DNA of 64,000 nucleotides from an uncultured bacterium (GCA_963705915.1 OY970126.1:623893-687892); one strand, 5' to 3'. Numbered from the stretch's first letter, positions 9,353-17,718 are shown. A program made the numbers and translations. The notes: generated from the sequence alone by a model not told the origin.

Positions 9353-9513
9353 GCATTTAGAATATCAAGCATCGGACATAATTACTAACGTGGTTCTTTT
9401 GCTTAAAAACGCTGATTTGAACGCTGATCTCGGCGAAAATTAGCTTGAGTAGCGGACTGCAATTTAAAATGCAAGACACTGCGAACGTCTAAAAGAACCT
9501 TTCATTGAAGAGG

Positions 9514-10287
9514 TCAATGCTTAGAAGCAATTTTTTTAATACCTCTACACTTGGGATAATTCTCACAGCCGAGAAAGAGGCCATAGGGCCCCTTGCGAGG
9601 AAACATCCTGCCACCACATTTATCGCACATCTCTTTTTCGGAGTCGGGTTTTATGATACCAGCTTCAATAAGTGGTTTTTTTGAAAGATCATCGGCTGCT
9701 TGGTTTTGTTCCCGCGGAACCCATTCAATTTCAAATTCCCGCGATTCTAAAAGCTTTAATGCTCGTTCTAGTTGCGCCGCCAAGTGAGGTGCGTCTTTGT
9801 GCGGCATCCAGATCGTTTTCTTTTTATCTTTCCATCCCCATTCCTTGGAAATCATCCTACACACTAAATCACTATCTCCGTGAATCTTAATGCTACCTTC
9901 AAGTTTTAAATCCTTAACTTGCTCTAATGCCTTAATTAATCCAGTATACTCGGCAAAATTATTAGTCATGTATTCGCCCTTGCCAATAAGTTGTGCGTCT
10001 TGGGCGATAACCACCCCGTCTTTTTTAATCAGCCAACCATAACTTGCGGTGCCATTGTTATTGGGTTCACAAGCGCCATCAAAATTAATTTCAATTGCAA
10101 ATTCTTTATTCTCTCTCTTTAAAAATCCTTTAAGCCATTCCTCTGCTTCTTCCTTGGTTTTACAGGCCTTATATCGTGGCCTGCTTTGTCGCTGCACTTT
10201 TGCCTGGCATTCTTCCCAGCTCGTCACAATCCCTTGTTCGTTAGTAGCAGGTAAATAGTAGCCGTAGAATTTTTGCTTCTTTCCCAT
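9514..10287 (-). CDS. ribonuclease HI with N-terminal viroplasmin (hybrid-binding) domain and C-terminal topoisomerase-type C4 zinc ribbon
   Basis: GIVTSWEECQAKV; FDGAC, TNNFAEY, GDSDLV, WVPREQNQAADDLS; CDKCGGRM...FLGCENYPKC. Confidence 0.88.
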   Translation of the reverse strand: MGKKQKFYGYYLPATNEQGIVTSWEECQAKVQRQSRPRYKACKTKEEAEEWLKGFLKRENKEFAIEINFDGACEPNNNGTASYGWLIKKDGVVIAQDAQLIGKGEYMTNNFAEYTGLIKALEQVKDLKLEGSIKIHGDSDLVCRMISKEWGWKDKKKTIWMPHKDAPHLAAQLERALKLLESREFEIEWVPREQNQAADDLSKKPLIEAGIIKPDSEKEMCDKCGGRMFPRKGPYGLFLGCENYPKCRGIKKIASKH

Positions 10288-10344
10288 ATAGCGTTGATTT
10301 TACGCCTACTTAAAGCTAAACTGAAGCCATAATTTAATATAAGA

Positions 10345-10525
10345 TTGTTGGCCTAAACCAAGCATTTGCTTGGCATGGCATTACCTAAGTCCCATCGCTG
10401 ATACCAAACGCCACGTTTGGCCTGCTCAGCGATGGGCCACACTCGAAAGGGTGCGTAAAGCCAGCGTGGCGTTTTGTGTTTTACAGAAACCCCACATTGG
10501 CCAATTAAAGGCCGATTTTTATTTC
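10345..10525 (+). ncRNA. candidate structured (pseudoknotted) RNA or leader of unknown family
   Basis: Crossing helices 10391-10401/10426-10436 and 10406-10421/10460-10474, GAAA hairpin, 3' terminator-like hairpin; G.U pairs favour the + strand. Confidence 0.5.
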
Positions 10526-10532
10526 TATCAAA

Positions 10533-10976
10533 ATGAAAAAGCAGTCTTCGTTCGGAATTATCGTAACTATTCTCGTGTTCTTAGTAATCGGTGCATTTTG
10601 GTGGAGTATCGGACAAGTGAACCCAAACGTGCAAGCCAACAACACTGCCTCGACCCCAATCGTTGTGACTGCTGCAAAGATTGAAAGCGATTATACGAAC
10701 AACGAGATTTCTGCTGACGACCAGTATAAAGGCCAGTATATTCAGGTATCGGGTTTCCTTAGCTCAATCAGTAAAGGTATCACCGGAAGCCCATATATCG
10801 TGATTGGAACAAATTCACAGGACGTAGGAAGCATTGAATGTTCTTTTAGCGATAGCGATGATGCCGCACTTGCGACCCTTAGCGCAGGGAATCCCATTAC
10901 AGTAGAGGGCATTGGAAACGGATATGTGATGATAAATGATTGTTCTATTGTGTCTGGATCTACGACAATGCAATAG
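10533..10976 (+). CDS. membrane-anchored OB-fold protein (tRNA_anti-like)
   Basis: N-terminal TM; VTAAKIESDYTNNEISADDQYKGQYIQVSG motif; ITVEG. Confidence 0.8.
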   Translation: MKKQSSFGIIVTILVFLVIGAFWWSIGQVNPNVQANNTASTPIVVTAAKIESDYTNNEISADDQYKGQYIQVSGFLSSISKGITGSPYIVIGTNSQDVGSIECSFSDSDDAALATLSAGNPITVEGIGNGYVMINDCSIVSGSTTMQ

Positions 10977-11151
10977 CTATTTGTTCCAGAAAGTTTCAGG
11001 GTGTATCGCTCGTTTTGAGCAACAATTAGCTCAATCCGTGACCCTGAATTTTTTGGGATTTTAGCTAGTGCTTCAGTTAGAAGATTTATAGGCACAATTA
11101 CTCTTTTTGAGCTGCATTTCCTCAATGAAACTTTTAGAACATTTAGGTCAT

Positions 11152-11180
11152 TTGCAGCTATGTTGAAATTATGCTATAAT
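11152..11180 (+). promoter_or_regulatory. sigma70 promoter with extended -10 driving a non-coding region
   Basis: TTGCAG-17-TATAAT with TG at the extended -10 position. Confidence 0.7.
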
Positions 11181-11183
11181 CGA

Positions 11184-11482
11184 AGAACCATTAGATACTC
11201 CAGTTCGTCTTGTGTCGGTGGTTCTACAATTGAATAGGCTCCAGATTCTCTGCGGGTGCTCTGTCTTATAGTTTGACAACATCCACCGCATTAACGCGGC
11301 TCTATCGTTGATTTCGTGAAGCCAACCCTAAATTCCTTGGTGAAGTTTTGTCCAGGCATGTTGAACTAGCAGGGCAAGGTCTATAAATAGATAGGGGTTG
11401 GCCGCCGGTAAAAGAGGTTATTAAAATCCATTCGGCAACACAGTAAAAACCTGGTTCTGTCCTATTCATCCATAGCTTTTTT
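11184..11482 (+). ncRNA. candidate ~300-nt multi-branched ncRNA of unknown family
   Basis: Own promoter; 5' hairpin 11184-11225; nested helices 11231-38/11461-68, 11251-55/11286-90, 11321-30/11392-402, 11335-39/11375-79; ends in T6; no convincing ORF. Confidence 0.5.
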
Positions 11483-11702
11483 ATAATTTCCGCTCGTCGG
11501 ATAGTAAAAACGTATGCCTAATAAAGTGAAAGTGTTTAATTAAGCTGCTATTAAACATAACTTGTTGGCTTTGTTACTAGCGTAGATATATATAAATCCC
11601 GCACGCGCATTTAAGCTTTTTGCAAAAAGTAATTTTTTTGAAAAAACTTTTCTGCGTTTTTTTCTATTCCCAAAATTGCCCATTTTCTCTAGAATGGGTA
11701 TT

Positions 11703-12371
11703 ATGGCTGGAAAAATATCACAGCATACCAGAGGTTTCTGGTTGAAGAAGTTTAAAGAACAAACTGACGAACTAAAGACAAAACTTAAGGCAGACCCTTT
11801 TGAAAGGGCACACTGCCAAGAGATGGCTCTGGCATTTATGTTCCTCTACTTGTTTGTAGAGGCCAGTGTAGATGAGCTGGTCTGGAGAATTTTGCCTCAG
11901 GCGACAATTATTCAATCTGGGGGAACCACACTTACCGAATATGGAAAGTACAAAGAAAAAAAGCTTTCACTAAAAGGTAAACTCGAATTCTTCTTTTCAT
12001 TATTTCCCAAAACAGTTACGTTTAAGGAATTTTTTGACCTAAAGCAAAAATTGGATTCGCTAGTAAAGATTCGTAATAAAGGCTTTCACTTGGAAGAAAT
12101 GTCTTGGAAGACACCGGACGACTTAGAGCATTACGATTCAAAGAAGGAGATTCCGATCAAGTTTGCCAAGGATCTTACAGTTAAGAATTTAAAAGCGCAG
12201 GTTGATGTGACGAGAGAATTTATTGACGAGCTAAAAGAACTTACAAATAAAGGCTTTGATAATTTAGAAATAGATGTTTTGTTTGATGGTGTGAATAAAA
12301 AAATGAAGTTTGCAGATTGGCATTTCGAACAGTTCGAAAAGAACTGGGCTGAATTTATACCAGAACCTTAG
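11703..12371 (+). CDS. HEPN-like protein, putative RNase toxin
   Basis: FLYLFVEA helix, LKGKLE, RNKGFH (Rx4H); TAGAAT 7 nt before the ATG suggests a leaderless start at 11703. Confidence 0.65.
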   Translation: MAGKISQHTRGFWLKKFKEQTDELKTKLKADPFERAHCQEMALAFMFLYLFVEASVDELVWRILPQATIIQSGGTTLTEYGKYKEKKLSLKGKLEFFFSLFPKTVTFKEFFDLKQKLDSLVKIRNKGFHLEEMSWKTPDDLEHYDSKKEIPIKFAKDLTVKNLKAQVDVTREFIDELKELTNKGFDNLEIDVLFDGVNKKMKFADWHFEQFEKNWAEFIPEP

Positions 12372-12495
12372 ACTCATAGTTCCGTTGGTGTTCTATTTAG
12401 GATGAGGTGATAATATAGGGGTACTAATATAAAAGGGCGACGGTTTTAATCAATCTTATGTTTACCGATAACACAATCAATCTTATGGATACCCG

Positions 12496-12657
12496 ATGCT
12501 TTCGGAGCAGGCCTTACAGCGTTTTAAAGAACTCTATCGCAGGCGATTCAATGTGGAACTTAGCGACCAGCAAGTAGCAGAGATAGCCACAAATTTTCTA
12601 GCACTTTTTCAGTTAGTTTATAAAGCGAAAAGTGCGGTTGCTAAAAACGATTCTTAA
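12496..12657 (+). CDS. small helical protein upstream of the recombinase (53 aa, MLSEQALQRFKELYRRRFNVELSDQQVAEIATNFLALFQLVYK...)
   Basis: Below the ORF-track cut-off; amphipathic; resembles small proteins that precede CPR serine recombinases. Confidence 0.7.
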   Translation: MLSEQALQRFKELYRRRFNVELSDQQVAEIATNFLALFQLVYKAKSAVAKNDS

Positions 12658-12706
12658 CGAACCGGGACTTTTTTATAGGACGGTGTGATAGTAAAACTTA
12701 TTAGCT

Positions 12707-14335
12707 ATGTCAGATATTCCGAAAATAAAGTATTTTCTCTATGCTCGTAAATCTAGCGAGGACGATAGACAGCTCCTATCTATTCCCGCACAAATAGATG
12801 AGCTCAAAGTTCTTGCTGCTCGCGAAGAACTTGAAATTATAGAGATTATTCAAGAGGAGAAATCAGCAAAGGCCCCCGGGCGAGAGCACTTCAACAACAT
12901 GCTTGCGCGAATTCACGCAGGCGAAGCGCAAGGTATCATCGTTTGGAAATTAGACCGTTTAGCCCGTAATCCGATAGATGGCGGCAATATCATGTGGATG
13001 ATGCAAAATAGCGTTATCAAGCACATACGCACATTTGATCGTAGCTGTCTGCCTACGGACAATGTGCTAATGATGGCTTTTGAGTTTGGTATGGCCAATC
13101 AATTCATTAAGGAGTTAAGCGCAGGCACAAGGCGCGGCATGGATAAAAAAGCGCGAATGGGTTGGCTGCCTGGGTTAGTAACGCTTGGCTATTACAACAA
13201 TAAGTACGCAGATAAAGGAGCCAAGGATATTCGCCCCGACCCGGAACAGTTTCCAATTGTTCGTAAGTTATGGGATATGCTCATCTATGAACGCTTTTCA
13301 GTTCAAAGGATATACGAGATTGCTGTAGATGAATTGGGTTTGCGAAAACGCAATGGGCGCAAGCCAAGTAGAAGCAAAATTTATGAGATATTTAAAAACC
13401 CGTTCTATTATGGATATTTCCTTTACAAAGGAGAGCTATATAAGGGCAGTCATGAGCCAATGATAACGAAAGAAGAATTTGATACGGCGCAGGCAATAAT
13501 TGAAGGCAGGAGTGTCCCCAAGCCTCGCATTCATAGTTTTTTCTTTACAGGAACAACGCGATGCGGCGAATGTGGTTCAGCTATTGTTTCAGACCCTAAG
13601 ATCAAACGCCAAAAGAACGGAAACGTTCACGAATATATCTATGCTCGCTGCACCAAGCGCAACAATCCACAATGTAGTCAACGACATACTGCTCAAAAGA
13701 TATTTGAAGAACAAGCAATAGAAATACTTAGTAGCATAGAGATACCGGAGGAATTTCATAACTGGGCTGTAAGCGTATTACGTGAATCAACAGCGGATGA
13801 AGCGGCCAGCAGAGATGCTATCCTTTCGGCGCATCGTAAAAACTATGATGCGTGCGCGCGAAAATTAGATACGTTGATTGATATGCGAGCAAGCAACGAA
13901 ATTAACGAAGATGAGTTTGCAACAAAGAAGGTCGAAGTTACTGCAGAAAAAGATAGAGCAATGGAACTTATGAATGAAGCAGATAATCGCGTGGAGCACT
14001 GGCTAGAATATGCAGAACAGGCACTCACATTCGCGCAAACAGCAAAAGACCGCTTCGAGAATGGCAATAATGATGTACGGCGGGCGATACTCCTTACGCT
14101 TGGTGCGAACCTCACACTAAAAGACAACAAACTAAGTATTTCTTTAGCAAAACCCCTTGTCGTACTTCAAAACGCTGCAAAAGCAATAAGAGAAATACAC
14201 GATGCGTGCGAACCTCAAAAAGCCCAATTAAAAGCTAGTGAGATTGCAAAAGTCTATTCAGAAAATCCCGTATTGGGTGCCTCACGGGAATCGGACCCGT
14301 ATTGCCGCTGCCACAGAGCGGAGCTTTACCATTAA
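12707..14335 (+). CDS. large serine recombinase (resolvase, recombinase, zinc-ribbon and coiled-coil domains)
   Basis: YARKSSED catalytic motif, KLDRLARN, NPFYYG, GSHEPMIT, CGECGS; stop codon lies within the antisense tRNA-His. Confidence 0.95.
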   Translation: MSDIPKIKYFLYARKSSEDDRQLLSIPAQIDELKVLAAREELEIIEIIQEEKSAKAPGREHFNNMLARIHAGEAQGIIVWKLDRLARNPIDGGNIMWMMQNSVIKHIRTFDRSCLPTDNVLMMAFEFGMANQFIKELSAGTRRGMDKKARMGWLPGLVTLGYYNNKYADKGAKDIRPDPEQFPIVRKLWDMLIYERFSVQRIYEIAVDELGLRKRNGRKPSRSKIYEIFKNPFYYGYFLYKGELYKGSHEPMITKEEFDTAQAIIEGRSVPKPRIHSFFFTGTTRCGECGSAIVSDPKIKRQKNGNVHEYIYARCTKRNNPQCSQRHTAQKIFEEQAIEILSSIEIPEEFHNWAVSVLRESTADEAASRDAILSAHRKNYDACARKLDTLIDMRASNEINEDEFATKKVEVTAEKDRAMELMNEADNRVEHWLEYAEQALTFAQTAKDRFENGNNDVRRAILLTLGANLTLKDNKLSISLAKPLVVLQNAAKAIREIHDACEPQKAQLKASEIAKVYSENPVLGASRESDPYCRCHRAELYH

Positions 14336-14347
14336 GCTAGAGGCACC
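14274..14347 (-). tRNA. tRNA-His(GUG) with encoded G-1
   Basis: G-GTGCCTC/GAGGCAC-C acceptor stem; CCGCT-CTGTGGC-AGCGG anticodon arm; T-loop TCCGATT. Confidence 0.93.
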
Positions 14348-14471
14348 ATATCTCGCAGCTGCGAATCGTCTTTAATCTATACTCATTTGAATATTTTTTC
14401 AACCGCAGCGCATAATCTCGAGCGCAACACCATTTGACCATCCTTCGTATTCTTTATAAAATAATTAAACT

Positions 14472-16301
14472 ATGTCCAACCTCACCAAAAACATCATCTG
14501 GGCGGTCGTCACGCTTATCGTGCTCTCGCTGATTTTTTCTTTTTTCTTAAGCCCCGGAACGCAGCCGACGACCATTAGCCTGAATACGCTCGCGCAAAAA
14601 GTGAACGCAGGGCAGGTAAAGGAGATCATTGTGAACGGCGACCAGTTGAACATCACGTATACCGATGGCACTATGGCGCAATCGCAAAAAGAAGATGAGC
14701 TCGGGATCACGCAGACGCTCGTAAACTATGGCGTCACCACCTCAAGCTTGCAGGCAGTTGAACTCGAGATCCAAAATCAATCCGGATTTGATTTCTGGGC
14801 GGGCATCATTTTGCCGCCACTGCTTTCAATCATCATAATCGGACTTTTCTTTTGGTTCATGTTCCGCCAAGCACGAAGCGGCGTGAACCAAGCGTTTAGT
14901 TTCGGCCGATCGAATCTCCGCCTTTCAACGTTCAAAGACAAAGTGATGTTCCGTGACGTCGCGGGCCTCAAAGAAGCAAAGGATGAGCTTATTGAAGTCG
15001 TCGACTTCTTAAAAAATCCTAAAAAGTTTCTTGACTTGGGCGCGCGCATTCCACGCGGCATTCTTCTCATGGGCCCTCCGGGTACCGGTAAAACCCTCGT
15101 TGCCCGCGCGGTCGCCGGCGAAAGCAACGTCCCCTTCTTCTATATCTCTGCATCAGAATTCGTTGAGATGTTCGTTGGCGTCGGCGCTTCCCGAACCCGC
15201 GACGCCTTCATGACGGCCAAGCGTGCCGCTCCAGCCATCCTCTTTATTGATGAAATCGATGCCGTTGGCCGTCAGCGAGGAGCCGGTTTAGGCGGTGGAA
15301 ACGATGAACGGGAGCAAACGCTCAACCAAATCCTCGTTGAAATGGACGGCTTTGACCGCGACACCCGCGTGATCGTGCTTGCGGCTACAAACCGCCCGGA
15401 CATTCTCGATCCTGCGCTTCTCCGCCCGGGTCGTTTCGATCGCCGCGTGATCCTCGACCTCCCGGATTTGAATGACCGCGAAGCAATCCTCAGGATTCAC
15501 GCGGAGGGAAAGATGATTGATAAGAATGTCGACCTTCGCAAAGTCGCTGTACGAACGCCAGGCTTCTCAGGTGCCGATCTTGCCAACCTCATGAATGAAT
15601 CAGCCATCATCGCCGCCCGACGCGGCAAGAAGATCATCGGTCAAGAAGAACTCTTCGAAGCCGCGGAAAAGGTGATACTCGGACCGGAGCGGCGGAGCCG
15701 CGTGATCTCGGATCGCGAAAAGAAGATCACGGCGTTTCACGAAGGCGGCCATGCGCTCGTCGCCGCCAGCGTGGAAGACGCCGACCCGGTACAAAAAGTT
15801 TCGATTATCAGCCGCGGTTTTGCGGGCGGCTACACCATGAAACTTCCAACGGAGGATCAGCATTTAAAGACACGTCAACAATTCCTCGCCGACCTCGCCA
15901 TGATGATGGGCGGCTACGCTTCGGAAAAATTGACCTTCGGCGACGTCTCAACCGGCGCCTCGAATGATTTGAAGCAAGCCTCGGACCTTGCGCGCAGGAT
16001 GGTCACCAAATATGGCATGAGCAACCTTGGTCCGATGACGTTCGGGAAAACCGAAGATATGATTTTCCTCGGCCGCGAAATTTCTTCCGAAAAAGACTAC
16101 TCAGACGAAGTTGCGGCGAAAATCGATGCGGAAGTGCACGGATTCATTTCTCATTCGTATGACATCGCCGAAAAAATCTTGAAGGCGCACAAAGCCGCCC
16201 TCAAGAAAATCGCCGACACGCTCATCCAGAAGGAAACCCTCGAACAGGAAGAGTTCTACGCACTTTTAAAACCCTACAAGCTGAAACCGATACGGGCCTA
16301 G
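14472..16301 (+). CDS. ftsH: ATP-dependent zinc metalloprotease FtsH
   Basis: Two TMs, [29 protein letters not shown]. Confidence 0.97.
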   Translation: MSNLTKNIIWAVVTLIVLSLIFSFFLSPGTQPTTISLNTLAQKVNAGQVKEIIVNGDQLNITYTDGTMAQSQKEDELGITQTLVNYGVTTSSLQAVELEIQNQSGFDFWAGIILPPLLSIIIIGLFFWFMFRQARSGVNQAFSFGRSNLRLSTFKDKVMFRDVAGLKEAKDELIEVVDFLKNPKKFLDLGARIPRGILLMGPPGTGKTLVARAVAGESNVPFFYISASEFVEMFVGVGASRTRDAFMTAKRAAPAILFIDEIDAVGRQRGAGLGGGNDEREQTLNQILVEMDGFDRDTRVIVLAATNRPDILDPALLRPGRFDRRVILDLPDLNDREAILRIHAEGKMIDKNVDLRKVAVRTPGFSGADLANLMNESAIIAARRGKKIIGQEELFEAAEKVILGPERRSRVISDREKKITAFHEGGHALVAASVEDADPVQKVSIISRGFAGGYTMKLPTEDQHLKTRQQFLADLAMMMGGYASEKLTFGDVSTGASNDLKQASDLARRMVTKYGMSNLGPMTFGKTEDMIFLGREISSEKDYSDEVAAKIDAEVHGFISHSYDIAEKILKAHKAALKKIADTLIQKETLEQEEFYALLKPYKLKPIRA

Positions 16302-16407
16302 GCGGGCGTAGGCTCCAAATTCCCGTGTTCTCCGGCGCGACCGGAACGCATCGAAAAGAGTATAATTAAATAAAAGGTCGAAGTATGGTTTTTCTGAAAT
16401 TTCCCCT

Positions 16408-16635
16408 ATGAAAGCACTTCACATTATCGCCTTTATTCTCGTGATTGTTGGGGGTTTGAACTGGCTTCTCTTCGCATTCGGCTGGAATCTCGTAAGCGTG
16501 ATTTTTGGAGCCGGCTCGACCCTTTCGATGATCATTTATATCCTCATCGGCCTCTCAGCGGTCTTTGAGGCATTGACGCATGGCAGCCGCTGCCGCACGT
16601 GCAGTTCGGGTGCCGGCATGCCGATGAACAAATAG
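16408..16635 (+). CDS. DUF378 family small membrane protein
   Basis: LVIVGGLNW...IYILIGLSA. Confidence 0.88.
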   Translation: MKALHIIAFILVIVGGLNWLLFAFGWNLVSVIFGAGSTLSMIIYILIGLSAVFEALTHGSRCRTCSSGAGMPMNK

Positions 16636-16661
16636 TTCTATTTTGTTCCTTCGGATACAAG

Positions 16662-16686
16662 AAAGGCCCAGCGATGGGTCTTTTTT
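16662..16686 (+). terminator. intrinsic terminator
   Basis: AAAGGCCCA-GCGA-TGGGTCTTT followed by a T run. Confidence 0.75.
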
Positions 16687-16703
16687 GTTTGTATGACATC
16701 CTG

Positions 16704-16775
16704 TGGGCGCGGTAGGATTCGAACCTACAACCGATCGTGTATAAGACGATTGCTCTGCCGTTGAGCTACGCGCCC
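16704..16775 (-). tRNA. tRNA-Ile(UAU)
   Basis: GGGCGCG/CGCGCCC-A acceptor stem; ATCGT-CTTATAC-ACGAT anticodon arm (TAT); TTCGAAT T-loop. Confidence 0.92.
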
Positions 16776-16777
16776 AA

Positions 16778-17374
16778 CTAGTCCTTTACTATCGTATCAA
16801 ATTGACTCATCGCCGTGCTCGCTTGGGCGTTGAAGTTGTTGATCGCATTCACGTCGGTGTTGATCTGGTTTACTAGGCCTTGCACGGTTGCGTTCGACTC
16901 CGGCGTTCCCGAGAATCGGTTCTGTAAAACGGCGAGGAGTTTGTCTAAGTCGCTGCTATAGGTGATGAGTTGATTGATGAGGGCAAGTCGGCTCGAAATC
17001 GATTCAAGGGCTGCTTGTTGTGCTTCGAATGAATTGATCCCGGAAAGCGACTGCGTCATGGTGCCGACTTGATTTGAGAGATCGACGGCCTGATTGCGCA
17101 ACTGTTCGCTCTGATTCACTAAATTGGTCGTGAGCGTGAGCGCATCACTGTAGTCCCCCTGCTGATCGTCTTTATTCACTTGCGCGAGTTCGGCAGTCGA
17201 AGAGTTCGAGATATCGACGATATTCTGCGCGATGAGCGCGCCCTGCAAGCGGGCATTCGTAAACGCGATGGGTACCTGATTGCGGCTGCCCCAGTAGACG
17301 GCGATCCCGTATCCGGCAACCACAAGGATAACAAACACCACAATAATCTTGGTGCGACGCGAAATCTTGGCCAT
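16778..17374 (-). CDS. membrane-anchored helical/coiled-coil protein
   Basis: MAKISRRTK followed by a TM and Q/N/S-rich amphipathic helices. Confidence 0.8.
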   Translation of the reverse strand: MAKISRRTKIIVVFVILVVAGYGIAVYWGSRNQVPIAFTNARLQGALIAQNIVDISNSSTAELAQVNKDDQQGDYSDALTLTTNLVNQSEQLRNQAVDLSNQVGTMTQSLSGINSFEAQQAALESISSRLALINQLITYSSDLDKLLAVLQNRFSGTPESNATVQGLVNQINTDVNAINNFNAQASTAMSQFDTIVKD

Positions 17375-17466
17375 TTGAATTATCATAGTTTTAGCAAAAT
17401 CGGGCGCAAAAAGCAACTTGACATCGCTTGAGTGCCGAACGTAAAGCATATACAATAGAAACCATC

Positions 17467-17537
17467 GCGGGTATCGTATAACGGCATTACCACAGGTTTC
17501 CAACCTGTTGACAGGGGTCCGACTCCCCTTACCCGCT
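17467..17537 (+). tRNA. tRNA-Gly(UCC)
   Basis: GCGGGTA/TACCCGC-T acceptor stem; ACAGG-TTTCCAA-CCTGT anticodon arm; T-loop TCCGACT. Confidence 0.92.
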
Positions 17538-17718
17538 CATAAAATGAGTCCTATAAAAGTGGGCCTTCCCGAAGGAGGGGTAAGTGAAAATAGAGCCGTT
17601 AGTTGGAAAATTTAAATAAATAGAGATAGAATATCGAGACGCGGACCTATTATACAAGGCAATAAGCATTTGTGACGCTTTTCCTTGTTGCGGCTCCCGT
17701 CCTCAAGGAGGGACTAAC

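Larger units (their letters stand above)
7400..14278. mobile_element. serine-recombinase integrative island at the 3' end of tRNA-His
   Basis: Visibly AT-richer than the flanks; large serine recombinase abuts and overlaps tRNA-His; TGGGT core at 7400-7404 and 14274-14278. Confidence 0.72.

Noticed and set aside
7385-9513. Classical integron attC sites between the co-oriented minus-strand genes
   Set aside because: No RYYYAAC...GTTRRRY palindromic structure and no tyrosine integrase in the window.
10345-10474. Canonical c-di-GMP-I riboswitch, HDV or hammerhead ribozyme
   Set aside because: Only fragments resemble these. The GEMM helix order is wrong, the HDV P3/L3 is absent, and the CUGANGA core is absent.
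9514-10525. Retron (RNase H plus structured RNA)
   Set aside because: No reverse transcriptase motif is present anywhere in the window.
17544-17615. 23-aa ORF directly after tRNA-Gly
   Set aside because: No SD or separate promoter, too short, and no recognisable motif.
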